Part shown: piece after piece, positions 37,877-46,900 of the stretch
Layout of the letters: every line of letters begins with the position of its first letter
How positions within the stretch are numbered: the first letter of the stretch is position 1
Source of the DNA: Lachnospiraceae bacterium UBA3282
Lineage (GTDB): Bacteria > Bacillota > Clostridia > Lachnospirales > Lachnospiraceae
Reading direction: 5' to 3'
DNA length: 64,000 nt
NCBI GenBank assembly: GCA_002361735.1
Contig: DETS01000011.1
Span: 18,539 to 82,538, forward strand
Made by a program: the position numbers and the translations under genes
Notes under the pieces: model-generated
What the model was told of the DNA's origin: nothing
The model's input: only the letters and a program-made list of their open reading frames with translations
Databases searched by the model: none

Positions 37877-38662
37877 CTAAAATCGTCCCTGCTCTTTGAG
37901 TTTTTCCACTTCTTCAAAGACGACATCGTTCAAAACCTTGATATAAGTGCCTTTCATCCCCGAAGAACGGGACTCGATCACGCCCGCGCTCTCGAATTTT
38001 CTGAGGGCGTTTACGATGACGGAACGGGTGATGCCGACCTTATCGGCAATCTTGCTCGCCACCAGGATGCCCTCCATGCCGCCCAGCTCGTCAAAAATAT
38101 GGGTGATCGCTTCCATCTCTGAAAACGAAAGGGTGGAGATTGCCGACTTCACCACTGCCACCTTACGGTTTTCTTCGGCATTTTCCTCGCTGACAGCCCG
38201 CAGCATCTCAAGTCCTACCACCGTTGTGCCGTATTCGCACAGGATGATGTCGTCAATATCGTACTGGTCGTCGCATTTGTAAAGAAAGAGCGTTCCCAGC
38301 CGCTCGCCCGAAATTTCGATGGGGGTGATCACTGCCTGAAAGCGGCGAATCCCCGGGCTTTCAAAGCCAAGGGTCTCGAGATTGACATTTTCTTTCGTTG
38401 AGAGCACTCCCAGAAGGCGCTCGTTTAACATCGGGTCAATGAATCCTCCCACATGATCCACAATCAGCTCCGTGATGGATTCTACCGACTCTGTATCGCC
38501 GATGCCAAGCACCTTGCCCTTTCTGCTCACCACCAGCACATTAGAGGTCAAAATCTCCTTCAGGACATCACAGATATCGTTGAAAACGACCTTTCCCGAA
38601 TTATTGTTGTGTAAAAGCTTCCCGATCTTTCTGGTCTTATCCAATAACTGCACACTGCTCAT
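37877..38662 (-). CDS. codY: GTP/BCAA-sensing global repressor CodY
   Basis: 261 aa. It has the N-terminal GAF domain and the C-terminal wHTH ASKIADKVGITRSVIVNALRKFESAGVIESRS. The codY-flgB synteny matches Bacillus. Confidence 0.95.
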   Translation of the reverse strand: MSSVQLLDKTRKIGKLLHNNNSGKVVFNDICDVLKEILTSNVLVVSRKGKVLGIGDTESVESITELIVDHVGGFIDPMLNERLLGVLSTKENVNLETLGFESPGIRRFQAVITPIEISGERLGTLFLYKCDDQYDIDDIILCEYGTTVVGLEMLRAVSEENAEENRKVAVVKSAISTLSFSEMEAITHIFDELGGMEGILVASKIADKVGITRSVIVNALRKFESAGVIESRSSGMKGTYIKVLNDVVFEEVEKLKEQGRF

Positions 38663-38711
38663 TGTGTTTACTCCCTAATCACTCATTCCAAAACCAAAAT
38701 CCAACACTTTG

Positions 38712-38740
38712 ATTTTATCACACTATTTGAGCAATTTCAA
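38712..38740 (-). promoter_or_regulatory. sigma-A-type promoter upstream of codY (TTGAAA -17 nt- TGaTAAAAT)
   Basis: On the minus strand the -35 TTGAAA is at 38740-38735, the spacer is 17 nt, and the extended -10 TGATAAAAT ends at 38712. Confidence 0.5.
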
Positions 38741-38807
38741 TGTGTCCATGCCGCAATTTGACTGTAAGTTACAAAAATTGTTGCCATTTTTTGAATATTT
38801 TGTATAT

Positions 38808-40901
38808 TCAGGACTCCTGCACTGCCTCTTTTGGCATATCTCTGACAAATCCACAGGCTTCATCGGAGCAGACCAGCTTGTTTCCCTTTTGCAGCATGAT
38901 CGCCCCGCAGCGGTCGCACTTTACATCCACAGGCTTTTGCCAAACCATGAAGTCGCAGTCCGGATTATCGATGCAGCCGTAGTATTTACGTCCCTTTTTG
39001 GTTTTTTTCAGCACGATGTCCTTACCGCACTTGGGGCAGGCAACGCCGATCTTCTCGAAATAAGGCTTGGTGTTCCTGCAGTCCGGAAAGCCCGGGCAGG
39101 CTAAAAATCTGCCGTGAGGGCCGTACTTGATGACCATCTGTCTGCCGCAGAACTCACAAAATTCATCGGAGAGCTCGTCGGCAATCTCTACCTCCGCCAG
39201 CTCCTTCTCCGCCTTTTCCACCGCTTCCTGCAGATCGGGATAGAAGTTTTCGAGCACGGTCTTCCATTTGACGTTTCCTTCCTCCACGGCATCGAGAAGC
39301 GCCTCCATGGTCGCGGTGAAATTGACATCCACAATGGAGGGAAACGCCTCCTTCATCATATTGTTGACCACCTCGCCCAGCTCCGTCACATAGAGATTCT
39401 TATTTTCTTTTACAATGTAGCGTCTGGCGAGGATCGTGGTGATGGTCGGCGCGTAGGTACTCGGTCTGCCGATGCCAAGCTCCTCCATCGCCCGCACCAG
39501 GGAAGCCTCCGTATAATGAGGGGCCGGCTGCGTGAAGTGCTGCTTCTCCTCCAGAGAGGAAAGCGTAAGCTTCGTGTTTTCCGTAATGCCCCGGATGAGA
39601 GTGTTTTCCTCCTCCTTGTCTTCCTCCTGCGTGTAGACGCTCATAAAACCGTCAAATTTGAGTTTGGAAGCCGCCACGGTAAAGCGGTGCTTTCCGGCAT
39701 CGATCTTTACCGAAGTGGTCTCATATACCGCAGCTGCCATACGGCTTGCCGCAAAGCGCTTCCAGATGAGCTGATACAGCTTGAACTGATCTCTGGAAAG
39801 GGAATCCTTGATATCAAGGGGCAGCCTCGAGATATCGGTGGGACGGATCGCTTCATGTGCGTCCTGTATCTTCTTATTATCGGACTTTTTCTCCTGCTCC
39901 GCAGCCGCCGCGTATTCCTCGCCGTACTTCTCCGTAATGTAGGCCCTCGCCGAAGCCTCCGCCTCGTCGGATATTCTCGTGGAATCGGTACGCAGGTAGG
40001 TGATGATACCCGTGGTGCCGCTTCCTTTGATCTCCACACCCTCATAGAGCTGCTGGGCAAGGCGCATGGTCTTCTGCGTGGAAAAGTTCAGGACCTTACT
40101 CGCCTCCTGCTGGAGCGTGGAAGTCGTAAAGGGCAGAGGTGCCTTCTTAACCCGCTCGCCCGTCTTCACACTGGCGATCCGATACTCTGCTCCCGCCAGC
40201 TCCTTCTTGATCTGCTCCATTTCCTCTCTGGACGCGATCGTGCGCTTCTCGCCATCACTGCCGTAATATTTTGCCGTCAGAGGTTTTTTCTCCCCCTCCA
40301 CCTTGAGAAAGGCATCCAGCGTCCAATACTCCTCCGGGATGAAGGCGGCGATCTCCTCCTCTCTGTCACAGATGATGCGCAGCGCCACAGACTGCACGCG
40401 TCCCGCGGACAGCCCGCGCTTCACCTTTGCCCACAGTACGGGCGATATCTTGTAACCCACCATACGGTCCAGGCATCTCCTCGCCTGCTGGGCGTCCACC
40501 AGATCCATGTTGATCTCTCTGGCATTTTTTAAGGACTCTTTTACTGCCGTCTTGGTGATCTCATTAAACGTGATGCGGTACACTTTTTTATTTTCCAATT
40601 TCAACGCATAGAGGAGATGCCAGGAAATCGCCTCCCCCTCGCGGTCCGGGTCAGTCGCCAGATAAACTTTCTCCGCCTTCTTCACTTCCTTGCGAAGATT
40701 CGCCAGAATATCTCCCTTTCCCCGAATCGTAATATAGCGGGGCTCAAAATCATGCTCCACATCGATCCCCAACACGCTCCTGGGCAGGTCGCGCACATGT
40801 CCCTGACTTGCCGCTACCTCATAATTTGATCCCAGAAACTTTTTCACTGTCTTTACCTTTGCAGGTGACTCCACGATTACCAGATATTTTGCCATAACCA
40901 T
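38808..40901 (-). CDS. topA: DNA topoisomerase I
   Basis: 697 aa. It has the TOPRIM start LVIVESPAKVKTVKKFLG, the active-site region ITYLRTDS, and C-terminal CxxC zinc ribbons. The true start may be the second ATG at 40895. Confidence 0.96.
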   Translation of the reverse strand: MVMAKYLVIVESPAKVKTVKKFLGSNYEVAASQGHVRDLPRSVLGIDVEHDFEPRYITIRGKGDILANLRKEVKKAEKVYLATDPDREGEAISWHLLYALKLENKKVYRITFNEITKTAVKESLKNAREINMDLVDAQQARRCLDRMVGYKISPVLWAKVKRGLSAGRVQSVALRIICDREEEIAAFIPEEYWTLDAFLKVEGEKKPLTAKYYGSDGEKRTIASREEMEQIKKELAGAEYRIASVKTGERVKKAPLPFTTSTLQQEASKVLNFSTQKTMRLAQQLYEGVEIKGSGTTGIITYLRTDSTRISDEAEASARAYITEKYGEEYAAAAEQEKKSDNKKIQDAHEAIRPTDISRLPLDIKDSLSRDQFKLYQLIWKRFAASRMAAAVYETTSVKIDAGKHRFTVAASKLKFDGFMSVYTQEEDKEEENTLIRGITENTKLTLSSLEEKQHFTQPAPHYTEASLVRAMEELGIGRPSTYAPTITTILARRYIVKENKNLYVTELGEVVNNMMKEAFPSIVDVNFTATMEALLDAVEEGNVKWKTVLENFYPDLQEAVEKAEKELAEVEIADELSDEFCEFCGRQMVIKYGPHGRFLACPGFPDCRNTKPYFEKIGVACPKCGKDIVLKKTKKGRKYYGCIDNPDCDFMVWQKPVDVKCDRCGAIMLQKGNKLVCSDEACGFVRDMPKEAVQES

Positions 40902-40948
40902 TCCCCTATCTGTATCATTCTAAGGTCAGACCCCGTCCAACATGCAAC

Positions 40949-40977
40949 ACTATACACCGATTTGCAAGAGCATGCAA
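40949..40977 (-). promoter_or_regulatory. sigma-A-type promoter upstream of topA (TTGCAT -17 nt- TATAGT)
   Basis: On the minus strand the -35 is at 40977-40972 and the -10 at 40954-40949. It lies in the 111-nt dprA-topA spacer. Confidence 0.45.
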
Positions 40978-41012
40978 GGGAAAATTTTTACTTTTTTTCA
41001 TTCTATTTTTTC

Positions 41013-42137
41013 TCAGGTTTTCAAAATCCGCATAAAATAGCTGCCGCCGACCTGCCCGGCATAGCCGCACGCGCACAGTTCCAAAAGCTCCTGAAACAGA
41101 AGCGGCAGCGCGATCGACCTGCCCTGTTTTTCCATGTATCTGCGCTGCAATTCCTCCGCCGGCAGCGGCGAAAAATCCAGGATCTCCAAAAGTTCTCCCT
41201 GTATCCCCTCCAAAAAGACCAGCTTCGTCTGTGTGCCGCCTGCGGGTGCCGCATTGTCCCCGTAAAGTTCCTCCAAAAGTTCCTCCGGCGTGCACACAAG
41301 CCCCGCTCCCTGTCGGATCAGACGGTTACAGCCGCCGCTTAAGGGGTCCGTCGCCCGTCCCGGCAGGGCATAGACCTCCCGCCCCTGCTCGAGCGCCATA
41401 TCCACGGTGATGAGCGTGCCGCTCCTCTCCCTCGCCTCCACCACGAGCACCGCGTCGCAAAACCCGCTGATAATGCGGTTTCTCGGAGGAAACAGCGCTG
41501 ATTTCGGCATGACGCCCGGCGGATACTCGGAACAGACCCCTCCTCCCGCAAGCAATGCGTCATACAGTTCCTGATTTTCCCGCGGATAACAGATATCCAC
41601 ACCGCAGCCCAAGACTCCCAGCGAATATCCCCCCTCTCCAAGCGCAGCACTCTGCCCGATGCCGTCTATGCCACGCGCCATGCCGCTGATCACCTGCACG
41701 CCTGCCTTTGCAAAAGCTGCTCCAAACTGCCCTGCCATATATCTGCCATACTCGCTGCAATCCCTTGCGCCGATCAAGGCAACCGCCTTTTTCTCCGCCT
41801 GCGGCAGCTTCCCGACATAATAAAGCGCCCAGGGCGGATCGGGAATCTCCTTTAAGCGCTTCGGAAAGGCTGTCTCCCGCTCCGTCACCAGACTGACGCC
41901 CCGTTTTCGCAGCGTCTCGTAGGCGCCTGCCACATCATAGCCTTCGCTAAATTCTGACATTTGTGTCACCTTTTTGGCATAACGCGGCGCGATACGCTCC
42001 GAAAGCTTCCCGCTGCAAAGCTGTTCGTATACCTCCTGCGCCGTCCCAAAAGACGCAAGTGAGCGCAGAAATCCCCTGCTGCTAACGCCTGCCGCCTGAT
42101 AAAGCCAGTGCAGATACGCCTTTTCCTGCTCTGTCAT
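41013..42137 (-). CDS. dprA: DNA processing protein DprA (Smf)
   Basis: The motif VISGMARGIDGIGQSAAL...GVLGCGVDICYPREN...FPPRNRIISG is present. I moved the start to ATG 42137 (MTEQEKAY), 11 nt after the comM stop codon ends. The track start overlaps comM by 80 nt. Confidence 0.92.
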   Translation of the reverse strand: MTEQEKAYLHWLYQAAGVSSRGFLRSLASFGTAQEVYEQLCSGKLSERIAPRYAKKVTQMSEFSEGYDVAGAYETLRKRGVSLVTERETAFPKRLKEIPDPPWALYYVGKLPQAEKKAVALIGARDCSEYGRYMAGQFGAAFAKAGVQVISGMARGIDGIGQSAALGEGGYSLGVLGCGVDICYPRENQELYDALLAGGGVCSEYPPGVMPKSALFPPRNRIISGFCDAVLVVEARERSGTLITVDMALEQGREVYALPGRATDPLSGGCNRLIRQGAGLVCTPEELLEELYGDNAAPAGGTQTKLVFLEGIQGELLEILDFSPLPAEELQRRYMEKQGRSIALPLLFQELLELCACGYAGQVGGSYFMRILKT

Positions 42138-42150
42138 AAAAATCCCCCTT

Positions 42151-43701
42151 TCAATTCCAGAACTTGCGGTCAGACTGCCTGTAACAGATTGCCTCCGCCA
42201 GATGGCTCTTTTCGATACGCTCGCTGCCATCCAGATCCGCGATGGTCCTTGCCACCTTTAGGATCCTGTGATACGCCCTGGCGGAGAGCTGCATCGCGGC
42301 AAACATCTTTTCCATGTAAGCCCTTTCCTCTTTTTTCAAAGCGCAGTACCGCTCGATCTCCCCCGTTCCCATATCCGCATTGAAATGCAGCTTCGTCCCC
42401 GCAAACCTTGCCGCCTGCCGCTTCCTGGCTGCCATCACGCGCTCCCTGATCTGCTCGCTCGTCTCCTCCCCGCCGCCTGCCGCAAGCTGCGCAAAGCGCA
42501 TGGGAAGCGCTTCCACGCAGATGTCCATGCGGTCCAAGATAGGTCCCGACACCCTGGAAAGATACCGCCTGACCTCATAAGGCGTACAGCGGCACCTCTC
42601 TCTATCAGGGAAAAAACCGCAGGGACAGGGGTTCATCGCACCCACCAGCATAAAATCCGCCGGATAGACATAAGAGCCGCTGCTCCTGGCGATCTGTACC
42701 TGTTTATCTTCCAGCGGCTGCCGTAAGATATCCAGCGTCTCGCGCTTAAATTCCGGCAGCTCGTCCAGAAAGAGCACACCCCTGTGCGCCAGACTGATGA
42801 CCCCCGGCGCGGGAATCCGCCCGCCGCCCGCAAGCGCCCTGCCCGTGATGGTGTGATGAGGATTTAAGAAAGGTCTCGTCATTTTCAGAGAGTCAGCTGA
42901 CTGCAGCATACCGGAAATACTGTAAATCGTGGAAACCTCCAATCCTTCCTCCAAAGACAGCGGCGGCAGGATCGACGGGATCCGCTTTGCCAACATGGTC
43001 TTGCCGGAACCGGGCGCGCCGATGATGAGCAGATTGTGAAAACCCGCCGCCGCGACCTCCGCCGCCCGCTTTAACCCTTGCTGTCCATTGATGTCCGCAA
43101 AATCCGGCTGCCCCGACGCCGCCTTCTCCGACAGCATCTGCGCCAGTTTGGCTACACCCCCGTACCCGGCGGACTGCTTTTTACTCTTTCCGGTAAGGAA
43201 GTCAAGCGCCTCCTTCACATCACCCATGCCTACGCTCTCGATTTCCCCCGTCAGCGCGCCCTCCCAGGCATTTTTCCCCGGCAGAAGGCAGCGTTTGATC
43301 CCCTGCTTTGCCGCCTCCCTCACAATGGGGAGCACGCCCTTTACGGGCTTTAACTCTCCCGAGAGCCCCAGTTCTCCCAAAAGCAGCGTATCCTGCACCG
43401 CCTCCTGCGGAAGCTCCCCCAGCGCGATCATAATGCCCACTGCCACGGGCAGATCAAACATGGTGCCGTTTTTGGGCAGATCCGCCGGTGAGAGATTGAC
43501 ATTGATGCAAACGGGCGGCAGTTTGATACCCACGTTTTTCAGCGCGACCTTCACCCGATCTCTCGCCTCCCGCACCTCGCTTCCCGGCAAGCCGACGATC
43601 TGAAAACAGGGCAGTCCCTGAGAGACATCCACCTCCACCTCGATCAGATGGCTGCAGACGCCGTAAACGGCCCCCGATATTGTTTTTCCAAGCAAAGACA
43701 T
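42151..43701 (-). CDS. comM: YifB/ComM family Mg-chelatase-like AAA+ ATPase
   Basis: 516 aa. It has a Lon-protease-like N-terminal domain, Walker A LLIIGAPGSGKTML, and Walker B VLFLDELPEF. The RBS is AGGAGGTAATG. Confidence 0.93.
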   Translation of the reverse strand: MSLLGKTISGAVYGVCSHLIEVEVDVSQGLPCFQIVGLPGSEVREARDRVKVALKNVGIKLPPVCINVNLSPADLPKNGTMFDLPVAVGIMIALGELPQEAVQDTLLLGELGLSGELKPVKGVLPIVREAAKQGIKRCLLPGKNAWEGALTGEIESVGMGDVKEALDFLTGKSKKQSAGYGGVAKLAQMLSEKAASGQPDFADINGQQGLKRAAEVAAAGFHNLLIIGAPGSGKTMLAKRIPSILPPLSLEEGLEVSTIYSISGMLQSADSLKMTRPFLNPHHTITGRALAGGGRIPAPGVISLAHRGVLFLDELPEFKRETLDILRQPLEDKQVQIARSSGSYVYPADFMLVGAMNPCPCGFFPDRERCRCTPYEVRRYLSRVSGPILDRMDICVEALPMRFAQLAAGGGEETSEQIRERVMAARKRQAARFAGTKLHFNADMGTGEIERYCALKKEERAYMEKMFAAMQLSARAYHRILKVARTIADLDGSERIEKSHLAEAICYRQSDRKFWN

Positions 43702-43858
43702 TACCTCCTTTTTACGTGATGATACAACATTTGTTACTGTTTTGATTGCTGTTACCGTTCTCTGTTTCTACTGCTGATGCTTCGTTCGGAAATCCTGCGG
43801 CGATACGCCTGAAAACTAAAATAGAATATTAGAATACTCAGAAAGTTCCGATAAGACT

Positions 43859-43888
43859 ATTATGCGGCAGGGCGTGTGCTTTTGTCAA
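43859..43888 (-). promoter_or_regulatory. sigma-A-type promoter for comM-dprA (TTGACA -18 nt- CATAAT), followed by a ~150-nt leader
   Basis: On the minus strand a perfect -35 TTGACA is at 43888-43883 and the -10 CATAAT is at 43864-43859. Confidence 0.55.
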
Positions 43889-43921
43889 GCACAAAAGAGC
43901 CCGCGCTCACGCGCAGGCCCT
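43889..43921 (-). terminator. intrinsic terminator closing the pilus-like operon
   Basis: The minus strand reads AGGGCCUGCGC-GUGA-GCGCGGGCUCU followed by UUUGUGCUU. This is an 11-bp stem including 2 G-U pairs. It begins 42 nt after the stop of the giant ORF. Confidence 0.7.
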
Positions 43922-43963
43922 CTTTCCTTTTACCCTTTAACAATTTTGTATTTTATTTAATCA

Positions 43964-46900
43964 CTATTCTAATAGGAACATTTGGGCGCGGTTTAGGGAT
44001 ACGCTGTCCATACTGAACGCCTCCACACTCTGTCCCGCCCTCGTATAACGGTTCGTGAGCATCACGCAGATCTGCGATTTCTCGTCATCCCCGTTCTGTA
44101 AGGCAATCAGCGGCGCCTTGATGCGATAGACCTTACCCGGAACGATTCCTCCCGTCACCTCCACCAGACGGTTGTTCTCCACCGCCCATATGGGGCTCGT
44201 AAAGGCTGTGTAATCGGCGGTGTTGATCGAGCCGTCCGCCTGCAGGAGTATCGTGTCTGCACCGGCGCCCGGATTCCTGTAATAGAGTGAGAAATCCGTG
44301 ACCTTATCGACTGCAATGTTGTTATCCGTAAAGCGGAAGTATACATCCACCGTATCGCCGAGGATACCGCCTTTTGCGTCTCCGCTCTGCTCGCCTTCCT
44401 TGAATGCCACATCGTAAGGAATGGTGACGCTCTCCACCTTATTCACCCCGTTAAAGCCCGCCACAATGGAGACATTGGCTCTGTGTATGCCGCCGTTATA
44501 TGCCGCCATCAACGCATTCACAAAAATCTTACACTCGTCCAGACCGTCTCCTTCCGGCCCTTTTCCGCTTTCCTTGTCATATCCGTAGGGATACTGTGAC
44601 TGTCCCACATACACCACGTTCCCTTTGCTGTAAACGTAGTAATTATTTCGGCCGTCACAGGGAGAGACACTGTAGCCGCTTGCTGTACGGCCGTCACTCG
44701 AAGCACCGGTATCGAGCAGGGTAAACCACGCCGTAGTACGGGGCTGCCCCGTTCCGCTTCCCTCTCCGGTACTGCCTTCCTCTCCGATATCCAACAGATA
44801 ATCGGGCATCGAGACCTTTGTAGCGCTGCCAAGCTGTGCCCGCGTGTTGACCTGCAGCGGCCATTGCGTGATCACCCCTTCATTGATGCGGTCCAAAAAC
44901 AGACTCGGCGTCTTGTTGAACATATACGCGTCAATGTCTTTGTAGCGATATTGAGAAGGGCTGTGCAGACCGAGTTTTCCGTAAGTCTTTCCATCCTTCT
45001 GTCCCAGAACCGCCGTAGAAAGCCCAAACCTTCCCGTCTCCTCAGAGGCGCCGGCAGAGGAGACAAGCACGCTGCCGCCTGCGGCAATGAACTCATTGAC
45101 CGCTTTAGTCACCGGTTCTCCCGGATTCCTGCTCTCGCCAAATCCCAGCACCACCACATCCCAAAGGGAAAGGTAATTCGGATTCTTATCAAGCAGTTCC
45201 TTCAGCCCATCCTTACCATTACTCGGTTCAATCGTCTTGATGTCCCACGTAATATTTGCTCTTCCCTCCGCCGTCTTCAGATAGTAGGCCAACACAGAAT
45301 TTCCTACCCTTTTATACTGCTCCTCAAAATTGGCATAATCATTCTTCGTATCATCAAGGATCTGCAAAACCCTGATCTTCGTCTTATCATTTCCTGTGAT
45401 CGTAAAATAGCCCTGCGTCGCGGCACGTCGGTATTGGTTGCCATGATCCGCCACCTCCAGCTTCCAAGGCACGATGCCGGAATTGATCTCATTGAAATCA
45501 ACGCTGATCGTACCGCCGTCCGCCGTCTGCTCATGCTGATACCCGGCAATCTCCTCTTCCGGCGCAAAGATACCGTCGTAATTCAGGTCGAGATACAGAT
45601 GTCTGTCCAGCTCCCTCCCGTAGGTCTTATTGTCCCCTGTCCTATCGCTCGAAATCCGGTAGGCAAACGTACCGCGGACGACACCGGTCCGGTCCTCCAC
45701 CGGCTCCGCAGGAATCATGCCTATCTGCTCATTCTGTTCCTCGTCCCCGTTTTCGCCGCCATCCGGCGCAGCATCGTTTTCCCTCTGCAGTTCCACCTTC
45801 GGCCGCAGAGCTTTCAACTGCATCGCAAACATAGCGCTGCTGTGCACGTCCTCGATGGTGTAGAGTCCGACATCCGACTCCTCATCCTCCTTTTGATCCG
45901 CTCTCATGGCGATTGCTTCCTCAAAGAACGCATACATCTGCGTGTCTTTGGCAATATATTTCGTATTGATATCTTTCGCTTCGGCTTTCCTGGCGCTCCC
46001 GCCCGTAAAGCAGTCATTCTCCACCACGATCGGATAGCCTGCCCGCAGATAGTCGAGCAAAGCGTTCTTTTTCTCCGCCGTGATATCGTTCTCATCGTAT
46101 CTGACATCGCTGCCCGCCACGCGGTCTCCTCTGTGGTAGACTTTGCCGTTTAAGTCCGAATCGTTGTAGACTGTCTGCAACATGTTGTCCTTATCAGGCT
46201 CTCTGTAGAGGCGCTGCCCGTCCAGACCGATGAAGATCATATTGTAAGCCTCGTTGATGTCCTCGTGACTGGTGTTGAACGCCGCCACCGAATGCAGCTC
46301 CTTGTCAATCTTTATCTTTCTGGAACTTCTGAGGATCTGCTGTCCGTCCCCGCTCTGATCCTGCCTCTTCCAGTAGAGAACGACTCTTTCCTTATCCGCC
46401 GGCGCTTCATAGTGCAAATCGGACTCTATATTCGCCGTCGGCTGCAGCTCCAGGATGGAGAGATTCTTGTAGTCCCCGACTAATCCGCGGGAGTAATTGA
46501 TGATGTACTGCACTGCCATCGCCTTGCTGACTTCTTCGGCTATCTTCTCATCATCCGCCAACATAACGTTCTCCGCCTTGATTGCCGCCAACACCTCGGT
46601 AAAGCCCGAAGTCGCTGCGGTTTTATCCATCGCATCCGGAAAATCGTCCGCCACCAGCGGTGTCGAACCATTCACAATATAGATATTTCGGTTTACATAA
46701 TGATACTTATTGTCTTTTTTGTTCGGATACTCCGTGGATTCTTTATCCGCATTCATTAAGGCACTGTTTGCCAGATCGTCTGACTTTGCCATCGCGTTAT
46801 AGTAAGCAGCAAGATCCTGTTTCAGAAAGACCTTTGCCAGCTTCTGATACTTGGTATCCGCATAATCGTTTTCATTCGTCACGATGCCGTAGTCCACAAT

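Noticed and set aside
38040-38047. GCCGATAA (sigma-28 -10 consensus) on the minus strand
   Set aside because: It lies inside the codY coding sequence, where it encodes IADK. There is no TAAA-like -35 at the correct spacing, so it is most likely coincidental.
38792-38810. Palindrome TGAATATTTTGTATATTCA at the end of topA, considered as a CodY box or terminator
   Set aside because: It is a poor match to the CodY consensus AATTTTCWGAAAATT. It overlaps the topA stop codon, and the stem is AT-only (7 bp) without a convincing U-tract. There is not enough evidence for either role.
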